From contig NC_043012.1 in the NCBI RefSeq assembly GCF_006345805.1, positions 2,728,001-2,792,000 on the forward strand: 64,000 bases of DNA, read 5' to 3'. The stretch's first letter is position 1. Each line of letters opens with the position of its first letter. This document shows positions 1 through 13,512 of this stretch, one piece after another. A program made the translations under genes and the position numbers. Source of the stretch: Octopus sinensis (lineage: Eukaryota). The notes beneath the pieces were generated by a model. The model saw nothing but the letters and a program-made list of their open reading frames with translations, ran no database searches and was not told where the DNA came from.

Positions 1-185
1 TGCCAGCCTCGTCTGGCACCTAAAAAGCACCCACTACACTCATGGAGTGGTTGACGTTAGGAAGGGCATCTAGCCGTAGAAACATTGCCAGATCAGACTG
101 GGCCTGGTGCAGCCTTCTAACTTCCCAGACCCGTTGAACCGTCCAACCCATGCTAGCATGGAAAGCAGACGCTAAACGATGATGA

Positions 186-188
<3 letters not shown>
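1..188 (+). mobile_element. SINE-like family E ending in (GAT)n; other copies about 3000-3190 (+), 10569-10770 (+), 21561-21970 (-), 28806-29030 (+)
   Basis: Recurrent core aaaagcacccactacac..gagtggttggcgttaggaagggcatccagccgtagaaac..catgctagcatggaaagcggacg with a gatgatgat tail. Confidence 0.85.
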
Positions 189-231
<43 letters not shown>

Positions 232-361
232 TAAATACCTGAATCAGGTTTTACCAAATAAAAAATGAAAAAATGAAGCAAAAAAAAAAAAAAAAAAAAA
301 AGATGGTGATTCTTTCCCCACCTTTCAATAAATGTCTAAGTCTAATTCTCTCTCACTACTG

Positions 362-393
<32 letters not shown>

Positions 394-576
394 AGCACGT
401 CCAAAAAGGTTTTTGGCCTATTAATTACTAGTATGACTTTATGAAATGAAATACCAATTCCAAAATAAAGTACATTGATTGGAGTCAGAGCAATTGGACT
501 GTTCTCCACTCCCAAAATTTGTGGCCTCGTGTCTGTGTTATAAATAATTACTGCTACACCATCAAATACTGTTTAA

Positions 577-790
577 ACCCTTTAGCATTCGGATTGTTCT
601 GCCAAACGTAAAGCTTATTTATTCACACTGTTTTGAATTAATCATAGCTTCAAGATTTCAATCATGTGATTGTTGATTTTTAGAATGACACAGTAAGGTT
701 TGGTGTGAGAGGCTGGATCTGGCCACCCTGAATGTAAACAGATGGAATATTTAAGCTGGATATATATAATTGGTGTGAATGCTAAAGGCA
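577..790 (-). mobile_element. piggyBac-like MITE, degraded
   Basis: TIRs ccctttagcatt / aatgctaaagg; interior is the reverse complement of the copy at 16019-16239. Confidence 0.6.
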
Positions 791-849
791 TTGAATTCTC
801 CTTCATTTCATCTCTTCTGTCTCTCCCCTACCCATGTGTCTTTCTCCCT

Positions 850-1230
850 CTGTATTGCTCTTTCTCTCTCTCTCTCTCTCTCTCCTTCTCTCCACTTAGC
901 AATGTAACTTACTCTCTCTCTCTCCACATATCTATCTATCTAACTCACTCTCTGTCTCTTTCTCTCTCACTCTGTCTCTTTCTCTCTCTCTCTCTCTCTC
1001 ACTCTCTGTCTCTTACTCTCTCTCTCTCTCACTCTCTGTCTCTCTCTCTTCATATACCTGTGTAATCACTTTCTATCTCTCTCTCCACATATCCATATAA
1101 CTTTCTCTCTCTCCACTTATCTATGTAACTTTCTCTCACTATCTCACTCTCTCTCTCTCATGTATATAACTCACTCTCTCTTTCTCTGCTTTTATTTGCC
1201 TCTAACTCTATCCACCTCCAATCTGTTTCT
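850..1230. repeat. (CT)n-rich compound microsatellite
   Basis: Directly visible; explains the SLSL-type ORF 742..1065. Confidence 0.95.
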
Positions 1231-1787
1231 CTCTTTTCTCATTTTTTTTTTTAATAATATCGTCACATGTGTGTCTGAATATTATCATATCATCACTTTA
1301 TAGAAGTGACAGAACCAATGGCCACCACACTGGTTGATAGGTGCATTGGTCATGAGTTCATATTCTATTGCAGGTACTGATTTGGATTGCATCCCATGGG
1401 CCAAATATTTAGCCCCATTTCATTAAGGCAACACCTTTAAAGAAATCATTAATTAATGAATTTATAATCAAAAATATTTTCTTTTGTTGTTTTCTTTTGT
1501 TAATTTTGTCCACTGTGAAGATCCTTTAACTGAGTTCCATTAATTACCGTAGGAAGGAATGCTCTTCACTTGGGTCTATAAACCTCATGTATATGTTGCT
1601 ATTAATCTATTTATAACCATTGACATACATCTCTCACCCTCGCTCTAAACATTTCTTCATCTCCATCTCTCTCTCACTGTCTGTCTTTTTGTCTCTCTCT
1701 CTCTCTCAACTATTTTTTTAGGCATTCTCTCTCTCTCTTCCTCTCTCTCCCTATGTCTATATCTGTCTCTCCCTTTTATTCCTACAG

Positions 1788-1884
1788 AAGCTGGTCGAAA
1801 CGAGGGTGAACTCATGCAGGAATGGTTCAATCTTGTACACGAGAAGAACGTTTTACTTCGTTATGAATCTGAACTTATGGTGCA
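1788..1884 (+). CDS. MICAL: MICAL-family (MICAL3-like) internal coding exon, start of C-terminal bMERB domain; gene begins upstream of the window
   Basis: Pyrimidine tract + CAG acceptor (1785-1787), GTAAGT donor (1885). Reads (E)AGRNEGELMQEWFNLVHEKNVLLRYESELMV(Q), matching the recalled MICAL3-type motif LMQEWFxLVxEKNxxxRYESELM. Phases join with the next exon. Confidence 0.95.
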
Positions 1885-1949
1885 GTAAGTGTCTTTTACT
1901 TCATTCTGCTGTCATTGTCATCACATTAGTTGTCAACACTGTTATTATT

Positions 1950-2425
1950 ATTTATTCTTTTTAACCCAGGTTTTGTTCAAACTTTTGGAGTCTTGCATGC
2001 ATAGCGGGTTTGCTGCCTGCAGCCTACGGTACCATGCTCTTTGTTCTTTTCAACTGTCTAATACTTTCTTGATAATTTGGCCATGCCAAGGAGGCAAACC
2101 TTTTGTAACAGTTCTTCTAGGCACTCGATTCCAATTTCCTTTATATTCCTCTTGATGCCTTCTAATACCGTCCTCAAGGAACCAACAATAATTGGCACTA
2201 TCTTTGCCGTCTTCATTTTCCATAGCCAAGCTATTTCGTACTTAAGAGGGTTGTATTTATCTATCTTTTCACCTTCCTTCTTGACTATTCGTGGGTCAAA
2301 GAAGTATGCAACATCAACTATATAACAATTATTTCTCTTTATCACAGGTTTTGTTAGAGTCCCTGGAGTTTTGCATGTGTAGCGGGCTTGCCACCTGCAG
2401 CCTATGGTACCATGCTATCCATTCT
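1950..2425 (-). mobile_element. 3' fragment of a restriction-like-endonuclease non-LTR retrotransposon (R4/Dong-like), with a duplicated 3' UTR segment
   Basis: ORF 2058..2345 reads CYIVDVAYFFDPRIVKKEGEKIDKYNPLKYEIAWLWK..IVPIIVGSL..LLQKVCLLGMAK, typical of the REL-domain C-terminus; aataataat tail near 1950. Confidence 0.75.
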
Positions 2426-2580
2426 TAAACATTCCATGCTCCACAAAATTTGCCAACACCCCTCCTGATGTGCCAATGCACTTCTTATGACTCTCTTAAT
2501 GTTCACTTTTCTACCTTATTTTTTTTCTGTGCATATACTTGCAGCTTTCAGTGCTATCTTTTACTATTTGACTAGTAAAG

Positions 2581-2890
2581 GAACATGGCTTAGCGGTTAG
2601 GGGCTATCCAGCTAACAATCATAACATTGTGAGTTCAGTTCCTAGTCGTGCTTTGTGTCCTTGAGCAAGACACTTATTTCATGCTGCTTCAGTCTACTCA
2701 TCTGGCAAGAATGAGTTGTACCTGTAATTCAAACAGGGCCAGCCGTGTCATGTTGAATCTCTCTGAGAACCGCAATAAGTGTATGCATGTTTGTGGAGTA
2801 TTCAGCCACTTGCATGCTAATTTTACAAGCAGGCTGTTCCTTTGATTGGGTCAGTTGGAAAGCTCATTGCCATAAGTGATGGGGTGGCAG
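2581..2890 (+). mobile_element. tRNA-headed SINE family D; other copies about 8856-9062 (-), 9250-9560 (-), 17700-17900 (-), 35945-36215 (-)
   Basis: A-box-like tggcttagcgg, B-box-like gagttcagttcc, CORE-like tgtgtccttgagcaagacactt, shared body ending gtaaccgacggagtg. Confidence 0.8.
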
Positions 2891-3819
2891 GTTTTTGTTT
2901 TTCCTTTGTCTGTTTGACTTATATATCTGCTTTGGATCCCCACTTTTAACATTTTCTGATGAATCATAGTCTACCTGAGCACTGTATGCAATAACCTCAC
3001 CTGTGCTTGTCCCACGTAAAAAACACTAAGTCCACTCTGCAGAGTGGTTGGTGTTAGGAAGGGCATCCAACTGTAAAAATCCTGCCAAAACAGTCACAGA
3101 AGTCTGGTGCAGGCTTCGGCTTGGCTGGCTTTTGTGGTACCATCCAACCCATTTCTATAGCATGGAACACAGATGTTAAATGATGATTCTTCTCATTAAA
3201 CACAGAAAGTCTGCAATGGTTGGATGGAAATAACTGAAGTGTAGACTTTTAGATGTTCAAAGTGAATTTAGAGGACAAATCAATCATTCAGATATCAAGT
3301 GAAAAATCAAAGAAAGATATTGATTGTCTCTTGTGTGTATTAAGAAAGACGTGGTTTGCCAGTAAAGGGTTGGTGTTGCAAATGGATGATACACTCTGAG
3401 TAAAGAAGTTTCAAGAGTTGGTAGTAGGGGTTCTCTGAAGCACCTTTTTAAGGAGATAACGCACTTGTAATAGACAGAAATAAATATATATCTTTAAAAT
3501 TTGAATAAAAGTTTGATAAACTGTATCTATGAGTTGGTTCTTGAAAGTTATTCACTTCCATGCAGTGTAGGATTCTCTTAATGTTCACTTTTCTATTGTT
3601 TTATGTGTGATTCTTTGGTTTTAGTGCATGTACTTCTAGCCATCATCACTCTTTGTTTTTATTTTACTTATATGTCTGCTTTCAGATTGTATTAATTCCA
3701 AGAATATCTGAAAATGTTTGTTTATATTCTTAAGCTGTAGCCATATGTTCTTGACATATTCAGGTGGATATAGAATATCATAGTTACATATTTTAATCTA
3801 TTCTAATTCTTTTCTGCAG

Positions 3820-3896
3820 AGCTAAAGAATTAGAGTTAGAAGATCGGCAGGCACGTCTTGAAACTGAGTTAAGGAACAAAATGACAACAGATGATG
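3820..3896 (+). CDS. MICAL: MICAL-family coding exon (bMERB domain)
   Basis: tttctgcAG acceptor, GTAAGT donor at 3897. Encodes AKELELEDRQARLETELRNKMTTDD; 77 nt, phase 2 in, phase 1 out. Confidence 0.95.
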
Positions 3897-6477
3897 GTAA
3901 GTTGGAATCAATTATTTGTTTATAATTTCAGACATAGTTGTTTCTGATATTCTAATAATATATCTTCTGTCATTTTCTTTTTTTCTTTAAAGAACTCATA
4001 TTTGCAACCGCTTGAGAGAGTTTTTGAAACATGTCTGGAGTTGCTATAAAATATTAAAGTAAATTTTACTATATTGATTCAGCAAAAGGTTTTACAAGAG
4101 ATTCCTAAAATAAAACATGTGAATACATCTGGTTTTTATAATTAAAAAAAAATTTTGTATACTTTGGTTTCTTGTCCATTATCAGAGCTTAATACACCCA
4201 TTGTATGTGTGTGGTGGGTATTTCAGGCAGGTGTTCAGTTCCTATTCATGTCTTCAAAAGAAAGATATGAAAAAAATGGAAGTTCCTGGAAGACGTAAAA
4301 ACAGTAAATTGTGTAAAATATTTGTTATAAAATAGGAAAGCATTTCATAATGAATGTTAATATTACTGAGAGAGAGAGAGAGAGAGAAGTGATTGTTTGC
4401 AACAGATAACAAAACTCAGACGGTATTGTGTTCATGTAGCTTGGGTAGATAATAGGGAGTTTGCATTATTTGTACGTGTGCTCTTATTATCTACCCATAC
4501 AGGATATACAGGTAATATTAACCTGTACTATACATCCGTGTAATATAAGTAGACAATGAGTCTTTGTTTTCTCATGTAATATTAACCCATATTATCAACA
4601 TATGTGGTATATAAATAGATATTGTGAGCCCATATTATCTATCCATATGTAGATATTGCAAGCTTATGCTACCCATGTGGTTAAGAGAGATAATGTGAGT
4701 ACACATTATTTATCCATATCCATGTATTACTGTGGTATTAAGGCATGAGAGGGATTTCTTTTCTCAGCCCCATATAAACTTCCAGTCAAGTTGCCTTTTT
4801 CCAGAGAGTTTAGCTATCTGCCAACAAGTCCTTTTTTTTTTCTCTCTCTCTCTCTGGCTATTGTCTCTCTCTTGCCCTCTTCCCCATCCTTGTAATTTTT
4901 TGATGATGTTTCAGAAGACTCTAATAATTTTAGAATCTCATCTTTTTACAAAACTTCTGAAGAATTTACATCAAGAGATGCACCCAAAAATGTAGAGACG
5001 CTAGTGGCTGAGCCTCAAGGGCTCTGGTTGAGCCACTAGCTTACATTTGTGGTGTAGCCTTGTCACAAATGCTACACAGTAAATCTAGCTGTAAATAGGT
5101 GCCATGGGGGAGATGTTGAATACTTGATGAATGTTTTGTTAGCTTGCACTTCTATTGGGATCAAGCCATGTCTTGGAGATGAGATTGGTAGCATCAGTTG
5201 ACCGGTGTACCTAATGACCTTTCTAATGCTGTGGAAACAGTCATGTGGAGGCTGTAACTTCATCACAGATATATAATATCAGTCAACATTGTGATCCTCT
5301 TCAGAAATTTTTCCTGCATAGTTAGAAAATTAATGTTTTTGAGAAAGGAAATAGAAAATTGTGATGCTTATGCCTTTCCATAGAGCAATAATCACAACCA
5401 CTTTTCTTCACTCTATTGCTACTATTAGCACTCAAGTAAATAATATGGAAACACTTCTACGTAATAAAATCACACACGAGTCATTTGTTACTTGAATCCC
5501 TTCACATTTGTATTTCTGCCTTCTGTTGCTTTATTTTTTGTTTTGTTTTGTTCTTTGTGTGTGTTTGTATTTTCTAATAATTTTTGTTCTTTTAGTTTCC
5601 CCTACTTGTGGTCACAGAAATGTCCCAAATGTGTCTCAGAATACAGAAGAGGGGTATGACATAAGTTCCGCTGTTATTGCCTTCATGTTTCAATACTCTT
5701 AACATTGTGCCAGTTGGCTAGTTCTGTCTGATGCAGCCTGCTCTCTATTATATACAGTTCTTGTTTTCAATTTATCTCGTAGTGCTATAGTTGTTTGCCA
5801 TATAACTTATTAACATGGTAAGCAATGAACAAGGTAGACTGAATCAAATTAGGTCTTTTATTAGTACTTTTTCTTTTCCTTTTTTTTAGAATTAGTTTAA
5901 AATGATGAACTGTTTCAATTCAAAAGGCCTAGTTTAAATACGTATAAATCTAGCACAGACTTTGAATCTGTTGTGGAAGAAGACAAGTTATTTCCCTTGA
6001 AAGAATTCTCCATTACCACAATCAACTAAATTTGCCAGTTAACTTTTCCAGTATGAAATTCAATTTAAAGACAACAACAAAAGTAGAATTTGACATAAAT
6101 TTAAAGAAACTTTACACGAAAATATATTTCATGTTACTGTTGGGAATGTATCTGAGTTCCTGACTTGATAGATTTTGTATTTTCCTTCACTGCATTTTAT
6201 AACCACACACTCATTGTTGCTTCAATACAGGTTGCATATGAAGGAAAATATTCCTGAAGTACCATTAATGGTATGTGAAGGCACATTTAACATGGAATAC
6301 ATTACCTTGGAAAGAACATATTTAAACTGAATGAAAAAACCTATGACTGACCATTAGAATGTTCTACCTAAGTTTCATAGCTGACGGTTTCAACAGCCAC
6401 ACATACATTAAAAGACAATCACGCAGATTGTCAAAGTAAGATTTCACTGTAGCCTAAGATTGAACCCGCAGCTCAGT

Positions 6478-6509
<32 letters not shown>

Positions 6510-7340
6510 ATTCATACTGGGTTCACATCAACATGGTGATGATAAAATTAATTTAAAGATGGCTGCTACTGACTGTGCCCCTCTATCATAAGACAATGCT
6601 CCTTATGAGGGCTTGAACTTAGTACCATGAGTTAAGTAAAATATTTGACTGCCCTGTGCTACTACTGTTGAATGTTGGGACTTTTGACCACACACACTAG
6701 CCATGGGCTTAGTTCAACAAATTTATAATTGACCTAGCCAGATGTAGCTACTTTTCTGAGACATTCAAAGAAAACTAAATTTCATTCCTATAAAGATAGA
6801 ATTACCAAATGGATAAAGAATTGTACCAGTTGCTCAAAGGTCATAAGTTCAAATCACCTTCAAACATTTCATTGTATCTTGGAGGCAAGATGTTTTATTT
6901 TACATTGCCTCAGTTAACCTATTTATTAGAGATATGTGCAGAATCATTCAAGAATATAGTTGTCTAGGAATCCTCTGTTTCAAACCATGAACGTGAGGAT
7001 CCAAACACTGGTTCATGCTAGAGGTTATACTAAGTTTTTTTTTTTTTTTATCCTGTTTTTCTTATCCCTATCTTACCTAACATAAATTATCCTTTCTGTT
7101 GTGGCAAATGGGTAAACTGGTTCATTGCTAATAGTTCTGTTGCAACCCTTTGTTTTTCTTCCTGGAAACCCTTATCCTCCTTCATCCAAGCACTCCCTTG
7201 TTTTGTTTGTCTCGAAATTTGAGACCTGCATGCTTTGTGCTCATTTCTCCCACCACCACCACGTTTTTTCCTCCTACCCTCTGTGCTTCATTTTGCATTT
7301 GGTTGGCATATTTCCCCCTGCCTTGTTTGGGCATCTATCC

Positions 7341-7371
<31 letters not shown>

Positions 7372-7788
7372 TTGCTTACTTTTTTTTTTATGTGTGTGTG
7401 TGTGCATTGGAACAAAATAGTGTAGGCCAGATTAGGTGGTTGTATTTGAACTTTTGGACGGTCCTGTGCCTTCCTGCATCCCTAACAATTTTATTATTGT
7501 TTGAACATATGTTTGATGAATTGTTTGAAACAACTTTGTGATATATTTTAATGTTATTTAAAAATAAATTTTTTCCTTTATTTTCTCTGTTAAACTTCTG
7601 CATGCAACGTTTAAAAAAGAAATTCCAATATAAGTTTTTTTTTCTACATGTTTCATATTAAATTCTAGTTGTCTTCTGCATGCTACAACTATTTTAATTA
7701 GCTGGCTTTAATTAGGTCCTACTTAGATAATATTCCAACAAGAATTATCGCCATCATCATCATTTTTGATCTAGACACAAAACTGGAG

Positions 7789-8310
7789 CCTTATTATATT
7801 GACCCCAGGGAAATGAAAAGCAAAGTTGACCTTGGCAGGATTTGAACTCAGAACATAAAGAGCTGCAATAGATATTGAAAATGTTTTGCTGTATTCATTC
7901 CAGCTCTTTACATTTCTGAGTTCAAATCTTGCTAAGGTAAATTTTGTCTTTCATTCTTTCGGTGTCAATAAAATAAGGTTTCAGTCAAAATGCTGGGGTT
8001 GATGGTATTGACTAAACCCTCCCTCCCCTAAGAATCACTGACCTTCTGCCTAAATCAAAGACCATTATTATTATTATTATTATAAGGTAGCAAGCTGGAA
8101 GAATTGTTAGCATATCAGAGAAAATGCTTTGTGACATTTCATCTGTCATTAGGTGTTGAGTTCAAATGCTGCCAAAGTTGACCTTGCCTTCCATCGTTTT
8201 GGGGTCAACGAAATATGTACCAGTCGAGCACTGGGGTTAATGTAATCGACTTAGACCCCACCCCCTTACCAAAAAATTTCAGGCCTGTAATGGAAAGGGT
8301 TATTGTTATT
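7789..8310. mobile_element. Cluster of degraded SINE family B copies (one -, two +)
   Basis: Each carries gagttcaaat..ttgcctt(t)catcc..ggggtc.ataaa..aagtaccag variants. Confidence 0.75.
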
Positions 8311-10289
8311 ATTATCTTTGCAAGGCAGTGGATTGGCAAGGCTGCTGGGTGGGCAGAATCATTAGAGCATTGGAAAAAGGCTTTGTGATTGGTCAGTGTT
8401 CCCTCTCAACTGTGCACTTGTGTATGCACTCCTGTCCTATAACTGGGGATGTGGGGGGGGGGGGGCATGCACACACAAGGTTTTGGGTTGATTTTTATTA
8501 ATCAAAGAAATTTGAGAGAATGTTACTCTCTGTTGCATACATACTCTGCAAAAACAACAAAAAAAAAAGATAAAATTTGCACTTAATGCAAATTTCTGTA
8601 TCCTCTCAGTGCAAAAAGAAATGAGAAGGAACGGTGGTTATGGTATCCCTTTTTGGTTCTTTGCTTTATATTTAAATACTGCCATGGTCAATGTCTCCTT
8701 TCATCCCTCCAGGGTCGATTTAATATTGGCATTGATAAATCTGTCCATGCCTCCCCTCAAAATTTCTGTCCTTGTCATGGTATCGAGCAGACTAAGGGAT
8801 GTTATATATCACTAGTCACAATGTACTTCATTGTTTTAGCTTTCAAATGATGCCATCCTGCTGGCTAGGTCAGCAGGCCAACATTCCTCCTGATTGGAAA
8901 GCTATTCCGTTGCATGTTTACCCATTGACAGCTGAGTGGACTGGAGCAATGTGAAATGAAGCATTTTGCTCAAGAGCACAACATGCACCCAGTTTGAGAA
9001 TTGAAACCATGACCTCACGATTGTGAGTCAACACCCCTAACCACTAGGCCACATGCCTTGGTTATAAACAATTATTATTATCTTCTCCTTAGATTTTACT
9101 TTTTTAACTATATCAAGATGAGACAGAAACTGTTCTGTCCCTACAAAGACAACTTCTGTAGTACAGAGATCCAGATAAATACAACTAGTCTAATCTGTCT
9201 CTGTGGTAAACGACAGCAAAGACATCCCAACTGACATGTCATCAGTTAAGATGATGATGATGAGGGGTTCCAGTTGATCTGATCAACTGAACTGCCTGCT
9301 TGTGAAATTAACATTCAAGTGACTGAGGGTTCCACAGACATGTGTGCTTTTGATGTAGTTCTCAGGCTGATTCAGCATGACACAAAATTTGACAAGGCTG
9401 ACCCTTTCAGTTACAGGTACAACTCATTTTTGCCAGCTGAGTGGACTGGAGCAACATGAAATAAAGTGTCTTGCTCAAGGACACAGCAAGCTGCCAGGTA
9501 TCAGATCTCATGAACTTATGATATGGTCTTGAGCTGAATACCCTAACCATACACGGCTCCAGTGGTAAAAGGAATGTTTGTTGTACAACAGAACGGCCAA
9601 CCTTTCCATCCCAGAGATATGTTGATTACAAAGCTGCTCTTGTTGTTATGGCAATGAATTATGGGAAGAGAAGTTCTCTAGGTGTGTCTTATTTTAAGAA
9701 CATTCAGCTAGTGGGGAGGGTGGTTGTAAAAGTATGTTCATTAAAGTGTTAAATATCTTCCAACCCATGCCAGCATAGAAAACGGAGTTAAATGATGATG
9801 TATAGCTTCATTATTTACTTAATTTAAAAAATGTCATAATCAATTAAATGACATTAAATTATATTGATCGTAAAGAAATAACGCATATAAATTTTAAACG
9901 CAATCAAGCTGAAAAGTGCATTTGATTAAATTCCAATTAAAAAAAGAAATATAAAATTATAAACTAAAAATACATGTAAAGATAATTCTATTGTGCTGGA
10001 GTTCCAGAATTGATACGGAAACTAGATCAAGAGAAAGTCACAGCATAGAAGTTCTTCAGGAAACAAGACCGAGTTTCTTGGTTCTCAAATTCTGGAAATG
10101 TGTATGTCTTGGTATTTTCTTTCCTTTGCTTATAAAGGGAAATACTCTGAAATGTTGCTGTCCATGATTCAGTGAAATAAACTTTGTTACATGTTACATC
10201 TAGACACATCACCTCCCACTCTCACTATTTCTTTTATTGCTCCTTTCTCCATTGTTTCTAACTAGTTACATTCCAATTGCCCACCATCT

Positions 10290-10520
10290 CTCTCTGTCGT
10301 CTATTACTGATGTGGTCACTCAGCCTGCTAGAAATAACAGCCAAATTCCCATCAGATCTCACCCTACCACCTTAAAAAAAAAAAAGGACATATTAAATAG
10401 AGTAGTTCTAATTATACTCATCAAAAAAAAATAATGGGATGGTCATGGCTGGAATTACTTAGATCATAGGTTTGCTCAGTCAATAACGATCTGGGACCAT
10501 ATAACAATAGCACCTTGTTA
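10290..10520 (+). mobile_element. SINE-like family I; other copies about 26895-27090 and 30440-30650
   Basis: Shared ggtcactcag/aa..ctgctagaaat..cagccaaat..caccctac..cttaaaa..gatggtcatggctgg..ggctaaacaac. Confidence 0.6.
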
Positions 10521-10533
10521 TTCAACTGTATCA

Positions 10534-10569
<36 letters not shown>

Positions 10570-13474
10570 TGCCAGCCTTGCCTGGCCCCCGTGCCGGTGG
10601 CACGTAAAAGCACCCACTACATACACGGAGTGGTTGGCATTAGGAAGGGCATCCAGCCGTAGAAACATTGCCAGATCAGACTGGGCCTGGTGCAGCCTTC
10701 TGGCTTCCCAGACCCCAGTTGAACCGTCCAACCGATGCCAGCATGGAAAGCGGATGCTAAACAATGATGCTATATATAAAAGATACTGCCAAGAATGTTT
10801 AACTCAAATACTGTTGTATATTGCTCTAAACACAATATAAAAGTATTTTATTTGGGTAGAAATCCTACCTCGCTGAAGATTCCAGTTATTTTGGATTGAC
10901 ATAACTGTTGTGATCCATTTTTAAAAAAAAGGGGGTAAGGTTAATCAAAGTTGACTCCAACATACCACTGGTACTTGCTAATCTTATCAACTATGTCAGT
11001 TGAATCGGACCGAAGAACACGAGATATTGAAGTAACTAATCCAGTTGCCTACTGTTGTATCAAACCAATTTCTCTTTTAAAAGACCAAAATAAGAGAATG
11101 GTTTTGCTGTTTATTTTTATCACCCCTTCCCCACCACCCAACCCCATCTCTCTGTGTGTATACAAACATACATATCTTTATCCCTTGGTTTACATGGTAT
11201 TCCATTTATATGGTTTCATGTTAGCATGGTTTTTGGCTTTGGTTGATTATTGTTTATTGATTTGAAATGCACGATTACTTTATTGTTGTGATCCCTGTAC
11301 ATCCCCATGCTTTGCAAAGTGTTCTTTCCTTTTTTTTGTTTCCCATTAGGAACTCTGAATTTGTCTTCATGTTGCTTAAGTCCGACAGAAAAACATCAAA
11401 ATTTGTACATCAAATGGTAAAATATTTTGCTTGAATGAATCCAAGAGAAGCAAACACAATTTGGCCAAAACATTCATCTAATGTTTGTTTTTGTAAATAA
11501 TTTGAAGTTTTATAATGGTATTTTTTACTTTTGACTTTTTCCAGTCATTTGACTGTGGCCATACTGGGGCACTACCTTGAACCCCCAGTATTTATTTTTT
11601 CGAAATCTGATACTTATTCTATCAGTTTCATATTGCCAAACTGCTAAGTTATGTGAACATAAACAGTCAGCCAAATTCACTCACAAGGCATTGGTTATCC
11701 CAGGGCTATGGTAGAATAACACATCCAAGGTGCCTTGCACTGGGATTGAGCCCAAAATCATGTGATTACAAAGCAAGCTTCTTAACCACAGCCATGCCTA
11801 CCAATATCATAAATATCAACCAAAGTTGTTTGACTGTTTCCAGTCGTTGCCTCTTGTTCATTCAAGGAAATCTTAATTTTCAAAATGTTTTACCATCTGA
11901 CATACAGGTTTGGATGTATTTCTGTCGATGTGTACCACTCTGCTTACGCTGGTTATGTTATCCTACATTGTAGTTTAGGTATACCTGAACTGCTTGTATA
12001 GCTGAGGACATGTACCTCATGGGGATTCTGCTGGAGAAATTCCGCCATGGTTTGCTAAAGTAACTGAAGAAGATTCTAAACATTCAGCCAGTTCATTGGT
12101 GTGCAAATCATAGATAACTATTACAATATTTGAAAATGGTTTTATCAGAACTTAATTCCTGAAGCTGAAATTTGTTTAAAAAAAAAAAACCCAGAATATT
12201 GACTTCAACATGTTTGTTTCTAATGGATAACTAATCAATAATCCCATTCCTCTAATGTAAAACTCTTTAATGTTTAAGTTTTGTTTTTACCACTTAAAAT
12301 GACTAACCTGGTTCAACTGTTAGATGAGAGCATAATTTGGAATTTAAGGTAAATTGGTTCAACAATTTGCATATAAAATACTGGATGATATAGAAAACAA
12401 CTAACTTACAGTGCTTCGTGGTTGGAAAAAAGTTTAATATTCTGCACTGTGGGAAGGTAATTGCAATTTGTGGGATTAAGAAAAATTATCTTGAATGCAT
12501 GTTGCAAAACCATTTTGCCTGGAGGAGTTCTGAATAGTAGTGAAGCTGAAAGAAGAGGAATAACCTAAAGTTGGACACAATATCATCCTTTTAGTAGGAT
12601 GTGGAAGTATTGAATGATTTGTATATCATGAATTTAACAATGAAAAATTAGTTGACATGCTCATGTAATTCCAAATGACAAAAGCGAATGATGTTAATAA
12701 ATCAAACTCACTGATTGCTGCAAAAATTGTAAAAGACGGAAAACAAACGGCAAGGAATCTGAAAAACCCATCATATGAGCCTGTATAAGGATCCATTTAA
12801 TTATCTTTATATGGATCCTTATGAGGGTTCATATAATGATCCCTATTTGGGGTGCAGTTTGAAATTTCTAAGGAAAATAAATTACTGCATATCGTTACAC
12901 CAATCTGAAATAAATAGAAAAATTGCATGATTTACAATAACAGATGTTTGGAGATGGTTGGCTATATTGACTATGGAAGAAGAAGCAGCAGGTAATAGAA
13001 TTGATAATGAGGATTTTTCAACCAACAAAAGATATGACAGTTTTAATATTAAGTGAAAACGACAGTCAATAAAATAATAAACCTTGCATACAAAAGGCCA
13101 TGTATGAAAACTACCACATGATAATCACATTTTCTTTTAATCCTCATTTCAATAAATAAGTTTTTGCTGTTTCGTTTTCTTGTTATAACAATATCATTAA
13201 AAAAAAAAGCATAGATTCCCTGCCCTCGATTTACATGATTTCCACTTGCAGAGAGATTTGCTGAACCAATCTACCACGTAAACCAAGGGACAGCTATACA
13301 CACAGATACACACATACACTAATACAAACACACACACACATACATACTTACCTGCAGAATAGGCCATATGTTACACTGGAGTTTAGAAAATGAATAACTC
13401 AACCTTTGTATTAAACTTAATTAGAAACAAATTCATTATGCTTTTAAACTCCTATGTAACCTCTGCCCTATTTA

Positions 13475-13512
<38 letters not shown>

